From an uncultured Candidatus Rokubacteria bacterium (GTDB lineage: Bacteria > Methylomirabilota > Methylomirabilia > Rokubacteriales > DASRDR01), in the NCBI GenBank assembly GCA_963708025.1, contig CAVPSB010000016.1, positions 403,296 through 467,295 of the forward strand: 64,000 nucleotides of DNA. Reading direction: 5' to 3'. A model generated the notes under the pieces. It was given only the letters and a program-made list of their open reading frames with translations. It ran no database searches and had not been told where the DNA came from. Below, piece after piece: positions 19,741 to 31,035 of this stretch (position 1 is its first letter; the number at the start of each line of letters is the position of its first letter). A program made the translations under genes and the position numbers.

Positions 19741-20226
19741 GTGGGACTCGAGCAAGCGCTCAGCCAGACGCTGACCCAGGCGATCCGGGACAGGGACCAG
19801 CCGACGGCCGACGTCGTGCGGATGATCAAGACGCGGCTCGCCGAGCGGCGAACCGCGAAGGGCTTCACGGGCGAGGTGGACGACGCCATCGTCCTCGAGG
19901 TCATCGGCGCCTATCGCAAGCAGCTCCAGAAGGCGCTGGTCGAGTTCGAGAAGGTCGGCGAGCGCGGCGCCGCCCAGGCCGCCCGGCTCCGCTTCGAGAT
20001 CGAGTTCTGTGACCGCTACCTGCCCCGGCGCCTCGACGAGGCGGCCCTGCGCGGCTTGATCCAGGAGCGCCTCCGCGCCCTCGGCCTCACCGACCCCAGG
20101 CAGGTCGGCCGGCTCGTCGGCGATGTCATGAAGACCCACAAGGGACAGGCGGACGCCGGCGAGGTGAAGCGCCTCGCCGAGGAGCTCCTGGCGGGCCCTG
20201 GCAGCTCATTCGACCTCGCCCGCTGA
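19741..20226 (+). CDS. GatB/YqeY domain protein
   Basis: Helical protein with RYLP..LDE, GRLVGDVMKTHKGQADAGEV. TGGTAAGAT lies just upstream, so it may be leaderless. Confidence 0.85.
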   Translation: MGLEQALSQTLTQAIRDRDQPTADVVRMIKTRLAERRTAKGFTGEVDDAIVLEVIGAYRKQLQKALVEFEKVGERGAAQAARLRFEIEFCDRYLPRRLDEAALRGLIQERLRALGLTDPRQVGRLVGDVMKTHKGQADAGEVKRLAEELLAGPGSSFDLAR

Positions 20227-20318
20227 CCGGGAAGGGGAGCCTCTGAACCCTCCCGGGATTTATCGCGGCGGTCGGATACCCATGTCAGACGCGATGCGAT
20301 GCTCATCGCCCCCGCCCG

Positions 20319-21245
20319 TCAACGGTTGGCGCCGGCCGGGCGGCCGGGGATGGGGATGCGCGGCAGGCGCTCGGGGATCAGGCCGGCGGGGCGGACCCGC
20401 AGGACCAGGATCAGGCTCCCGCTGATCAACAGCTCCCGGATGGCGGCGCCCTGGACCGCGCTCAAGCCCGGCAAGAGCGGCACCACGAAGCGCGTGGATT
20501 CCAGAAAGAAGACCACCAGGAACGCGCCGACGACCGCGCCGCGGTTGTTGCCGACGCCGCCCGCCAGCAGCGCCAGCACGATGTAGATCGTGAGCAGCGG
20601 GCTGAAGATGTCCGGCGCGACGTAGGACGTGTAGTGGCCATAGAGCCCGCCGGCCAGCCCGAGAATGCCGGCGCTCGTCGCGAAGGCCTTGATCTTGAAG
20701 CTCAGCACGTGCTTGCCCGCCACCGCCGTCACCTGATCGTCGTCGCGGATGGCCCGCAGCACCCGGCCGAACGGGGAGTGATACAGACGCTGCAGGAGGA
20801 CGTACACCGCCCCGATCACGATGGCGACGATCGCCAGATAGAGCAGGTTGAACTGCGGCGGCGTGAGCACGCCGCGGTAGGGGCCGGGAACACCCGAGAT
20901 CCCGTCGGTGCCGTTGGCGAGCCAGAGCTCGTTGCTCGCGATGATCCGGACCGTCTCGGAGAAGCCGAGCGTCACGATCGCCAGATAGTCGCTCCGCAGC
21001 CGCGCGGTGACGAGCGCCACCAGCCCGCCGATCAGCGCCGCCAGCGCCCCGCCACACACGGGCCCGGCGGCGAGCGGCAGTCCCGCCTTGACCGTGAGCA
21101 GCGCCGACGCGTACGCCCCCACCGCGAAGAAGCCGGCCAGCCCGAGATTGATCATACCGGCCATGCCCCAGATGACGTTCATCCCGAGGGACATCAGCGC
21201 GTAGATGCCGGCGAACACCGCCATGGAGACCAGGTAGTGTTCCAT
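20319..21245 (-). CDS. Branched-chain amino acid ABC permease (LivM-like)
   Basis: GMINLG, DYLAIVTLGFSE, SPFGRVLRAIRDD, GGVGN. Confidence 0.92.
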   Translation of the reverse strand: MEHYLVSMAVFAGIYALMSLGMNVIWGMAGMINLGLAGFFAVGAYASALLTVKAGLPLAAGPVCGGALAALIGGLVALVTARLRSDYLAIVTLGFSETVRIIASNELWLANGTDGISGVPGPYRGVLTPPQFNLLYLAIVAIVIGAVYVLLQRLYHSPFGRVLRAIRDDDQVTAVAGKHVLSFKIKAFATSAGILGLAGGLYGHYTSYVAPDIFSPLLTIYIVLALLAGGVGNNRGAVVGAFLVVFFLESTRFVVPLLPGLSAVQGAAIRELLISGSLILVLRVRPAGLIPERLPRIPIPGRPAGANR

Positions 21246-21272
21246 CGGAGGGGGGCGCCGCTCGCCGGGGCG

Positions 21273-22148
21273 CTAGTACGCCCGCTGGCCGAGAATGCCG
21301 CGCGGCCGGAGCGTCAGCACCAGGAGGATCGCGACGAAGCCGATCGCGCTGCGATAGTCGGGCGACAGGAACAGAAGCGACAGCTCCTCGCCGATGCCGA
21401 TGGTCAGCGCGCCGACCACCGCCCCCGGGATGCTACCCAGTCCGCCCACCACCGCCGCCGCGAACACCGACAGGATCGTGCGGAATCCGGTGAGCGGATC
21501 GATCGTGGTGTCGAGCCCGATCAACATGCCGCCGAGCCCGGCCAGCCCCATGCCGATGAAATTGACCAGCCGGGCGACGACGTCGGCATTGATGCCCTTG
21601 ATGCCAGCCAGCATCGGGTTGTCGGCGACCGCGCGCATCGCCTTGCCGGTGCGCGTGAAGGCGAGAAAGGAGAACAGCGCCGCCATGGCCACGACGGCGA
21701 TGCCCAGGTTCCGGGCCTGCTGGGGCCCGACCCGCAGGAGGGCGAAGCGCCAGTCCCGCTCGAGCGGCAGGGCGTAGCCACGCTGCTCGTTGCCGAAGGC
21801 GAAGCGGACCACGTTCTCGAGCGCGATGGTGAGCGCGACCGAGGCGATCGCCGTGGTCATGTACCCGGCCGGCCGGAACGGCTTGAGGACGATCTCGTCG
21901 GTGAGGACGCCGGCGATCCCGGCGACAACGAAGGCGGCCATCACCGAGGGCAGGACCGGGAGGCCCAGCCAGGCGTTCGCAACGTAGCCGGCGAAGGCGC
22001 CGATCGTGGCGTGGGACGCGACCGCGAAGTTCGGGAATCGCAGCACCGCGTAGATGGCGGTGAGGCCGATGGCCGGCACCGCCAGGATGGTGCCGGCCAT
22101 CACGCCGTTGACGAGCAACTGGGCGACGTGGGCGAGCAGGGCGTTCAC
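21273..22148 (-). CDS. Branched-chain amino acid ABC permease (LivH-like)
   Basis: QLLVNG, NFA, TRTGKAMRAVADN, VGGLGSIPG, RPRGILG. Confidence 0.92.
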   Translation of the reverse strand: MNALLAHVAQLLVNGVMAGTILAVPAIGLTAIYAVLRFPNFAVASHATIGAFAGYVANAWLGLPVLPSVMAAFVVAGIAGVLTDEIVLKPFRPAGYMTTAIASVALTIALENVVRFAFGNEQRGYALPLERDWRFALLRVGPQQARNLGIAVVAMAALFSFLAFTRTGKAMRAVADNPMLAGIKGINADVVARLVNFIGMGLAGLGGMLIGLDTTIDPLTGFRTILSVFAAAVVGGLGSIPGAVVGALTIGIGEELSLLFLSPDYRSAIGFVAILLVLTLRPRGILGQRAY

Positions 22149-22156
22149 GTGGTCGA

Positions 22157-23366
22157 TCAGGCGACCTTCAGGAACCTGAACCGCCCCTTCTCGACCTGGG
22201 AGTACCGGAACTTGCAGTCGATGATGTCGCCGATCTCGTTGAAGTCGCAGGGACCGCTGGCCCCCTCGTAGTTGATGTCGCCGCCCTGTCCCGAGGAGCG
22301 CCAGGCCCTCGACCGCGCTGTGGACCCTGGTCCCGGACCCCTGGGAGATCTTCCGGATGGTGTCGCGGACGGCGGCGCCGGTTGGCTCCTTGGCGCGGGC
22401 GATGGCCAGGCAGGCCAGGCTCATCCAGTCGGTCGCCGCGCACTCGTAGGAGTCGGGCTCGGGAATCCCAAGCCGCCTGGCGGCGAGCTGGTAGGCCGGC
22501 GAGCCGACGTCGGCCGACGGCTGCACGATGTAGGTGCCCTCGGTCACCTCGGGGGGCATCGACTCCACCACCTTGCCGGTGACCGCGTAGGACTGTGAGA
22601 ACCGGGCGCCGGCGTAGCTGGCCCGGTAGAGGTCGCGCAGGACGATGGTCACGTCGGGCGCGTAGCCGTTCAGGTAGACGAGGTCCGGACGGGTCCGCAG
22701 CGCCTGGTCGACCTCGGAGCGGTACGTCGTCTTGTCCTTGTCGTAGATCAGCGCGCCGGCCAGCTGCGAGCCCCGCTCCTTCAGCACCTCGCCGAGGCGC
22801 TCCTGGGTCGGCACCGAGAACGGCGCCTGGATCGCCATGATGAACACGCGCTTCATGCCGAGGCCCGCGATGAACTCAGCGTGCTTGCCCGCCTGCAGGT
22901 GGTTGTTCGGCTGGGTCCGGACCAGGTACCCCTGGTGGGGCAGCTTCGTGATGGAGTCCGCCCCCGAGGTGGTCATGAGAAAGGTCTTGCTCTCCCAGCA
23001 GAGCGGCGCGACCGCGGTCGTCACGGCCGAGGCCCAGGTGCCCAGGATCACGGGCACCTTGTCCACGTCGATCAGCTTGCGCGCCGCGCGGACCGCGGCC
23101 TCGGGGCTGGTCTGGTCGTCCTCGACCACCAGCTCGATGCGCCGGCCCAGCAAGCCGCCCGGGGTGGCGTTGACCTCGGTGACCACCGCCTGCATCGCCT
23201 TGAGCATGCGCGGTCCGTCGGCCCCCCCGGCGCCGGTGAGCGGCGTCAGCACGCCGAGCCGGAGCGGCTGGCCCTGGGGGAAGCCGCGGCCCGGAAGCAG
23301 GCCGAGCGCGAGGGCGCCGGCGCCGGTCAGGAACGTCCGCCGTGAAGTGCCTCCGGTGGTCGTCAT
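22157..23366 (-). CDS. Liv-type substrate-binding protein with Tat signal; frameshift near 22285
   Basis: SRRTFL, PLTG, EDDQT, GTWAS; the C-terminus DINYEGASG.CDF...GD is in another frame. Confidence 0.9.
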
Positions 23367-23414
23367 CTCGAGCCTCCTGCGAGCACACCGATGCCCGCGG
23401 TCGTGGTCGTTCGA

Positions 23415-24109
<695 letters not shown>

Positions 24110-24122
<13 letters not shown>

Positions 24123-24889
24123 CGCCGTGGCCCCATGTACGCCTCCTGGACCCGCTCGTCGGCCGCCAGCTCGGCGAAGGTGCCCTCGGCGAGGTGCCGG
24201 CCCTCGGCCAGGACCACCACGCGGTCGCAGAGCTGGGCGACGGTGTCCATGTGGTGCTCGATGAGGAACACGGTGACGCCTTCGGCGACCAGGGCCCGCA
24301 ACTGCTCGACGATGTCCCTGACCAGCGTCGGGTTCACGCCGGCCACCGGCTCGTCGAGCATGATCAGCTTGGGATCGGCCATGAGCGCCCGGCCGATCTC
24401 CAGGAGCTTCTTCTGGCCGCCCGACAGGTCGGAGGCGGGATCGTTCAAGACCCGCGTGAGGCCGAGGCGGCGGGCGATCGCGAAGGCGCGCTCGCGCAAC
24501 TCCTGCTCGCGCCGGCCGACGGCGGGGGGCCGCAGCAGGGCGTGGCCGAATCGCTCGCCGGGCTGCCGGTCTCCATAGAGCAGCAGGTTCTCGAGCACCG
24601 ACAGGCGGGGAAACCCGCGCGCGATCTGGAATGTGCGCACGAGGCCGCGCCGGGTGATGCGGTCGGGGCGCCAGCCCGTGATGTCGCGACCGTCGAAGAC
24701 GACGGTCCCGGAATCGGGCGGCACCAGACCCGAGACGCAGTTGAAGAGGGTCGTCTTCCCGGCGCCGTTCGGCCCGATGAGACCGGTGACCGTCCGCGCT
24801 TCCACGGCGAGATCGACACCTCGCAGCGCGTGAACGCCGTAGAAGCTTCGCGTCAGCCCGCGTATCTCGAGGAGGGGCACCGCCAGCAC
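24110..24889 (-). CDS. ABC ATPase (LivG-like)
   Basis: GPNGAGKTT, RTFQ, LDEPVAG, IEH, VQEAYMG. Confidence 0.93.
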
Positions 24890-24901
24890 CAGGTCGGCCG
24901 C

Positions 24902-26245
24902 TCAGTAGTGGAACTCGGCGATCACCAGGCGCCTCTCCACCATCGACCAGCTCTGGACCGCGAACGACTCCAGGTTGAAGCGCACCGGCACCGCGCGCGG
25001 CGCCCCGGGCGGGAGCGCGATCTTGCTCGACGACGCGCCCGGCACGCCCACGTTGACGTCCGGCGCCACCTTGCCGTCGATCAGGAAGATGTCACGGCCG
25101 TGGCCGAAGTACCCGCGGGGCCGGGTGATGCTGATCACGCTGCCCGCCTCCTCGTCGCCCTTGGCCATGCGGGCCGGGCGCAGGTGCACCACGTTGGTGC
25201 CACGGGGAAAGGGCGAGCGATAGATGTGCGTGATCGGGTGGTCCAGCAGCGTGACGACGAACTCGTAGTACACGTCCGACTTGCCGGGGAACGGTCCCCA
25301 GGCGCCGTCGGCGCCCGTCGTCCGGCGATGGACCGCTCCCTCCGACCGGGCGCCGGTGCGAGGATCGAACTCGAAGATCTCGACCGTGACCCCGGCCACC
25401 CCCACGTTGTCGTAGCTGCCGCCGGTGACGCCGGTGACGTTGCCGTTCAGCGTCGCCGTCGTCTCCGGCAGGATCTCCAGCCGCGCCGGCAGGCGCCCGG
25501 TGATGAAGCGGTAGGTCTCGATGAAGGCGGACGCCCCGTAGGACGTCTCGCGATGATCGATCCCCGGCAGCACGACGTTCTCGGCACCCTTCAGCGCCGG
25601 CGCGTCGTAGGAGATGCCGGTCGGCTTGCCCGCCATGCCCAGGAACAGGCCGTCGGGCTGGGCGTACTTGTCGATCCGGTCGGAGCGGATCGTCATGAAC
25701 CTGACGCCGTCCACCACCTCGGTCGGGCCGCCGTTGAGTTGCCGCATGAACGGGCTGGCGCCGTTGAACTCGCTCCCGACCAGCGCCGTGTCGGAGACCA
25801 GCACGCCGCGATTGGTGCCGCCGCCCAGCACGACGTGGGAGACATGCGCCTGGCCGCCCCCGTTCCGCACGTAGTTGCGGATCGTGTTGGCGCCCCGGGA
25901 ATTGCCGACCAGCGCCACCTTGGCCGCCCCGGTCTTCTGCTTCACCTCGGCGACGAAGGCGGCCAGCTGTGTCATCGCCTCCGCGGTCGAGGAGCGGCCA
26001 GCCTGCGGCTTGTCGTCAGCCGAGCGCGCCAGCGGGTACTTCAGGTCGATGGCCTGGAGGTGATTGCGGGCGTAGCCGTTGGATTCGAAGCGCCAGATCT
26101 GCACCAGCCACAGGGCGGCGGTATCGCCGTTGCCGTGCACGAAGACGATCGGCGGGTCGGCTTGCTGCGCGGTGGCCGGGAGAGGCAGCAGACCGAGCAG
26201 GGGCAGGACCAACAGCGACAGGAAACGCCGACGGGTGCATGCCAT
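24902..26245 (-). CDS. Exported alpha/beta hydrolase (lipase-like) with Tat-like signal
   Basis: TRRRFL signal, VFVHGNG, nucleophile elbow GNSRG, GIDHRE. Confidence 0.85.
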   Translation of the reverse strand: MACTRRRFLSLLVLPLLGLLPLPATAQQADPPIVFVHGNGDTAALWLVQIWRFESNGYARNHLQAIDLKYPLARSADDKPQAGRSSTAEAMTQLAAFVAEVKQKTGAAKVALVGNSRGANTIRNYVRNGGGQAHVSHVVLGGGTNRGVLVSDTALVGSEFNGASPFMRQLNGGPTEVVDGVRFMTIRSDRIDKYAQPDGLFLGMAGKPTGISYDAPALKGAENVVLPGIDHRETSYGASAFIETYRFITGRLPARLEILPETTATLNGNVTGVTGGSYDNVGVAGVTVEIFEFDPRTGARSEGAVHRRTTGADGAWGPFPGKSDVYYEFVVTLLDHPITHIYRSPFPRGTNVVHLRPARMAKGDEEAGSVISITRPRGYFGHGRDIFLIDGKVAPDVNVGVPGASSSKIALPPGAPRAVPVRFNLESFAVQSWSMVERRLVIAEFHY

Positions 26246-26462
26246 CGCGGGGGTCTCCCTTGTCGGATCGACGCCACGGGCCGATCGCGGCGGCCTCATC
26301 ATCGCACCGACCTCACCCCGCCGACAACTGGCTGGAGAGGCCTGGCCGCGACCGGCATTTGCCGGCCTGGCGGCCTGGTGCCCCTTGCCGGCCTGCATCC
26401 CCCTTGCCGCGCCCGGGAGTCGTCGCTATGCTGGGCCGCGATCCGACCAGGAGGCGGCGTGC

Positions 26463-27401
26463 ATGGTGACACTTCCACGCGCGAGGTTCGCGCACATCGG
26501 CGGCTCCGGGACCTGGGCCTTCTCCTACCCGGACGGCGCGCTGGAGGGTCACCCGCACCTGTCGGCCGAGATCGTCGAGCCCGACGTCCAGGTCGCCACG
26601 CCGTTCGGACCCTCGCCGTCGTTTCGCCTGTGCCGGCTCACCGACCGGCGGACCCGGGAGGTCCGCGACTACCTCTACGTCTGGATGCACGGGATCGATC
26701 CGGCCAACCCCGTCGATGCCCCGGGCCGGAGCGTCCACTCGAGCGAGCGGGTGTTCGACGTGCTGGCCCGGGCCGGTGTCGAGCACGTCTTCGTGGACAA
26801 CAGCACCGGGGCGGTGGCCGAGGATCTCGAGGCCTGGGACCTGGTCGACGTCGCCGACGTGCTCGACCTCTCCGGCGCGGTGCCCCGGCCGGTCGCGCGC
26901 GGGCTCATCCGGTTCCGCGACGGGCTCTGCCCGCGGCTTCGCGCCCACCTGGGGGCGGCGGTCGAGGCGAACCGCGAGCACTACGCCGCCGTGGCGACCG
27001 CCGGCGGTGCCCACCGCCCGCCCCGCCTCAAGCGGGACGGGCTCTACGTCCACACGCCGGGACCGTGGTTCGAGACCCCGACCGAGGATCGCACCTACCG
27101 GCGCCTCGGCTTCGACGTCGTCGGCAAGACGGCCGGCCCGGAGTTCCGGCTGGCCCGGATGTACGGCATGTGCCTGGCGATCCTGTCCATCGTCGTCAAT
27201 CCGGCCGAAGGGCTGGGCGACTTCGAGGTCGCCGGCCTCGCGGCGATCTACCGGCGGTGCGGCCCGGCCATGGCCCGGATCGTCATCGACGCGATCGCCG
27301 CTGCGGAGCCGGCCAATCCCCGTCCCTGTCACTGTGCGGAGCCGAGGGGCAGCTCGCTCTTCGCCGAGTTCTCCCGCTTCGCGCGCCGCCAAGGAGACTG
27401 A
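26463..27401 (+). CDS. MTAP/MTIP-like nucleoside phosphorylase (PNP family 2)
   Basis: HIGGSG, TPFG, MHG, GPWFET, DVVGKT, PEFRLAR, VVN, terminal CHC. Confidence 0.8.
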   Translation: MVTLPRARFAHIGGSGTWAFSYPDGALEGHPHLSAEIVEPDVQVATPFGPSPSFRLCRLTDRRTREVRDYLYVWMHGIDPANPVDAPGRSVHSSERVFDVLARAGVEHVFVDNSTGAVAEDLEAWDLVDVADVLDLSGAVPRPVARGLIRFRDGLCPRLRAHLGAAVEANREHYAAVATAGGAHRPPRLKRDGLYVHTPGPWFETPTEDRTYRRLGFDVVGKTAGPEFRLARMYGMCLAILSIVVNPAEGLGDFEVAGLAAIYRRCGPAMARIVIDAIAAAEPANPRPCHCAEPRGSSLFAEFSRFARRQGD

Positions 27402-27403
27402 TC

Positions 27404-28439
27404 ATGGCCCGATCGCGCTCGTGGCTCCTCCTCGCCCTCGCCCTCGGCGTCCTGGCCGGCGCGGCCTCGCACCGCCTGGAGCCAGGCGGTCGAGGTCAAG
27501 ACCCAGCTCGGCTGGCTCCGGAATGGCGAGTTCGCGCCGATCATGGTCGCCGACGCCAAGGGGTTCTTCGCCGAGGAAGGAATCAAGCACCGGATCCTCG
27601 ACGGCGGCCCCGGCAAGAACCCCGTCCCCATCGTCGGGGTCGGTCAGGCCCAGTTCGGCATCACGGCCGGCGGCAACAACGTCTACCAGGCGCGCCTGGC
27701 GCCGGATCCCGTCGACATCGTGGCCGTCGGCACCATCATCCAGCGCGGCCCCTACGCCTACATCACCCTGGCCGACCGCGGCGCCCCGGACCCCAAGCCC
27801 AAGGACCTCGAGGGCAAGACGGTCGGGATGCAGTCCGACGGGGAGATCTTCCTCCAGGCGCTGGCCAAGAAGCACAACCTCGACCTGAAGAAGATCAAGA
27901 TCGAAATCGTCCAGGCCAACGCCGAGCCGTTGCTGGTGGGGAAGGTGGACTTCTTCACCGCCTGGGTCACGAACCAGACCTACCAGATCGAGCAGGAGAC
28001 GGCCAAGGCGGATGCGCCGCCTCAGATCCGCGGCAAGGTCTGGAAGGCGATCGCGTTCGCCGACTACGCGATCCCGACCTACTCGGACGTGATCTTCACC
28101 ACCGGCAAGATCGTCCGCGAGAACCCGGATCTCGTCCGCCGCTACCTCCGGGCGGTGGCCCGGGGGATGGAGTACATCCTCGACCATCCGGACGAGACCG
28201 TGCAGCTCGTGGCCGGCTACCCGGAGCAGGTCGAGAAGGCGGACAAGCTCGCCTGGCGCTGGAAGATCCAGAACGCGCTGTTCGTGAGCGACGACACCCG
28301 GCGGAACGGTCTCCTCTGGATGAACCCGAAGGTCTGGGAGGGCATGATGGCCTTCTACAAGGAGTACGAGCGCATCCCGCGCGTGCTCCCGGCCGCCGAG
28401 ATGATGACGAACGACTTCCTCCCCGGCATCAAGAAGTAG
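27404..28439 (+). CDS. NMT1/THI5-like ABC substrate-binding protein; frameshift near 27470
   Basis: Signal peptide, QLGWLRNGEFA, KGFFAEEG, DGGPG, PKDLEGKTVG. Confidence 0.85.
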
Positions 28440-28455
28440 GCGACCGGCCTCCGCC

Positions 28456-29223
28456 GTGTCCGTCCCGATCTCGATCCGGTCGGTCTCGCGGCGCTTCGGG
28501 GGGACGCTGGCGCTCGACCGCGTGGACCTGGAGGTGGCGCCGGCGGAGCTGGTGGCGCTGGTGGGACCGTCCGGCTGCGGCAAGACCACGCTGCTCCGCA
28601 TCGTGGCCGACCTCGAGAGCCCCAGCAGCGGCGAGGTCCGGGTGGGGGCCGACCCGCCGGCGGTGGCCCGCCGGCAGGGGGTCCTCGGCCTCGTCTCCCA
28701 GCGCCCGGCGGTCTTGCCGTGGAAGCGGGCCGTGGACGACGTCGGCTTCACCCAGCGCATCGCCGGCCGGGTCGGCTTCCCCGCCCGCGAGCTGCTGCAC
28801 GAGTTCGGGCTGGCCGGCCACGAGGGGAAGCGCCCCCACCAGCTCTCGGGCGGGATGCTCCAGCGCGTCAACATCGCCAGCGCGATCGCCCACGATCCGC
28901 AACTCCTCCTGATGGACGAGCCGTTCTCGGCGCTCGACGAGATGACGCGGGAAGAGCTGGGCGAGTGGCTCGGGCGGACGCTCGTCGCCCGGCCCAAGAC
29001 GGTCCTCTTCGTCACCCATCACATCGACGAGGCGGTCCTGCTGGCCGACCGGGTCCTCGTCTTCTCGCCGGCGCCCGGCCGGGTCCTGGAGATCGTGCGG
29101 GTCCCGGCCTCCCGGCCGCGGGAGACCGAGTTCCGGCAGGACCCCCGGTTCGTGGAGACCACTGCCCACATCCGCAGCCTGCTCTTCCGCCGGGCCGACG
29201 GGGCCCCGGCGCCGGTGGCGTGA
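28456..29223 (+). CDS. NitT/TauT-type ABC ATPase
   Basis: GPSGCGKTT, LSGGMLQR, MDEPFSALD, VTH. Confidence 0.92.
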   Translation: MSVPISIRSVSRRFGGTLALDRVDLEVAPAELVALVGPSGCGKTTLLRIVADLESPSSGEVRVGADPPAVARRQGVLGLVSQRPAVLPWKRAVDDVGFTQRIAGRVGFPARELLHEFGLAGHEGKRPHQLSGGMLQRVNIASAIAHDPQLLLMDEPFSALDEMTREELGEWLGRTLVARPKTVLFVTHHIDEAVLLADRVLVFSPAPGRVLEIVRVPASRPRETEFRQDPRFVETTAHIRSLLFRRADGAPAPVA

Positions 29224-29987
29224 TGGCCCGGCTCGGCCGCGTCCTGCTGCGGGTGGTCACCCCGCTGGCGTCGATCCTCGCGCTCTGGTACCTGGCCATC
29301 TTCCTCTCCGACCTGCCGGCCTTCGTCATCCCGCGGCCCGAGCGGGTGCTCCAGACGCTGGTCATCGAGCGGTCCTTCATCACCGTCCACCTGCTGGCGA
29401 CGCTCGAGGCCGCTTCCCTCGGCTTCCTCGCCGCCAACGTGGCCGGCATCGGGCTGGCGGCGCTGTTCGTCGCGCTGCCGGCCAGTCGCCAGGTCGTCAT
29501 GCCGGTCGCCATCACGCTGCGCAACGTCCCCTACGTCGCCCTCGTCACCGTGCTGTTCCTGGCGTTCGGCGGCACGCTCGGCACCAAGGTCGCCATCGTC
29601 GCGCTGGCCGGCTTCTTCCCCGTGCTCGTGAACACGTACCGGGGCCTCCTCGCCGCCGACCGGGTGATCCTCGACCGGATGCGCGTCCTCAACGCGAGCC
29701 CGAGCCAGATCTTCCTCCACGTGCGGCTGCCCTACGCCCTGCCCTACATCGTCTCCGCCCAGGAGATCACCGGGAGCGGCAGCATCATCGTGGCGATCCT
29801 GGCCGAGTGGATGGTCGCCACCACGGGGCTCGGCTACGTGATCAACCGCGCCATGCAGCAGTACCGGGGCGACGAGGTCTACGCGGTCGCGCTCCTGGCG
29901 GCGCTCCTCTCGTTCGGCATCTACACCGTGGTGCACGTGGTGGGGCGGCGGCTGGACTGGCAGGCGCTGCCGGAGGGACGGGCGTGA
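29223..29987 (+). CDS. NitT/TauT-type ABC permease
   Basis: TGATG coupling; FVIPRP, FFPVLVNT, RLPYALP, AEW...GLG. Confidence 0.9.
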   Translation: MARLGRVLLRVVTPLASILALWYLAIFLSDLPAFVIPRPERVLQTLVIERSFITVHLLATLEAASLGFLAANVAGIGLAALFVALPASRQVVMPVAITLRNVPYVALVTVLFLAFGGTLGTKVAIVALAGFFPVLVNTYRGLLAADRVILDRMRVLNASPSQIFLHVRLPYALPYIVSAQEITGSGSIIVAILAEWMVATTGLGYVINRAMQQYRGDEVYAVALLAALLSFGIYTVVHVVGRRLDWQALPEGRA

Positions 29988-30961
29988 CCGGTCCCTGCCT
30001 CTGTCACCTGGACCCGACCGTCGCCTACGAGGGGCCGGCAGCAACGCTCGCGACGCTGGGCGGCAGCCCGACGTGGGGGCTCGGCGATCGCTTCCACGAG
30101 TTCGCCGCCACCCTCGGCCATGCCCGGCTGGGCGTCGGGCGGCCCCGCACCCCGTACGGGCTCGGCCCGCAGGTGGAGCACTACCGGACGCCGTCCGGGC
30201 GGGAGTTCCTGCGCATCCCGACCTACGGGCAGGTGGCGGACGAGGACCCGCTCCTCCACGGGAGCGAGTGGAAGACCTTCTGGATCCTCTGGAAGGCCGG
30301 CGTGCGGCTGCTCCTGGTCGGCGGCACCAGCGGGAGCTGCGACTGGCGTCGGGCGGCCGCCGACGAGGACGCCGTCCGCCCGGGCGACCTGATCCTGCCG
30401 AAGAGCTACCTGACCCGCCACCCCATGCCGACCGGGCTGCCGGGGACCGAGCTGGAGTTCTGCCTGCCGCGCCAGGTGGCGATCATGGACGACCCGTTCT
30501 GCCCGCCGCTCGCCGAGGCGCTCCGCGCCGAGGCCGGGCGCCTGCCCGACTTCCGCTTCCGCCGGATCCACGGTCCCGAGGCCGGCGTCGTCCTGAACCG
30601 CTGGCTCGCCGGCAACGGCTTCGAGTCACTGGCGATGTGTCGCGAGATGGAGGCCTACGGGCGGCTCACCGGCCTGCCGGTCATCACGGGCGACTGCGTG
30701 AGCCCGGTCCTGGCCCGGGTCTGCGGGATGCACCTGCTCTATTACCACGTGGTGTCGAACTGGGGGACGGGGCTCGAGCCCGAGGACCCGACGATCGTCC
30801 TCGACCGGCTCTACATGGAGACACTCCCGGCGGTCGCCGCCACGCTCGAGCTGTCGCTCCTCGACCGCCTCGCCGAGCCACCGGGCTGCCGGTGTCGCGA
30901 GCTCCTCCGCCAGCGACCGGCCGCCTACGTCCGGGCCCTGAGCCCGCCGGCCCCCGGCTGA
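29984..30961 (+). CDS. Highly divergent second MTAP-like phosphorylase-fold protein
   Basis: GTGA coupling; LGGSP, TPYG, KAGV, RPGDLILP, DPFCP, FES, LAR, VSN, terminal CRC. Confidence 0.7.
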   Translation: MTGPCLCHLDPTVAYEGPAATLATLGGSPTWGLGDRFHEFAATLGHARLGVGRPRTPYGLGPQVEHYRTPSGREFLRIPTYGQVADEDPLLHGSEWKTFWILWKAGVRLLLVGGTSGSCDWRRAAADEDAVRPGDLILPKSYLTRHPMPTGLPGTELEFCLPRQVAIMDDPFCPPLAEALRAEAGRLPDFRFRRIHGPEAGVVLNRWLAGNGFESLAMCREMEAYGRLTGLPVITGDCVSPVLARVCGMHLLYYHVVSNWGTGLEPEDPTIVLDRLYMETLPAVAATLELSLLDRLAEPPGCRCRELLRQRPAAYVRALSPPAPG

Positions 30962-31035
30962 TCCGGCCCACGGCGCGACCGATGCCGGTTCGACTTCCCG
31001 GGGCTGGACGTATACTGAGTGGCAGGTGACGATCG

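Noticed and set aside
21273-23366. LivK-LivH fusion (697 aa)
   Set aside because: Artefact of an indel near 22285; LivK has its own stop at 22157 and LivH a GTG at 22148.
30980-31010. GGTTCGAC as a tRNA T-arm or att site
   Set aside because: No cloverleaf or CCA context; it lies in the Uma2 promoter region.
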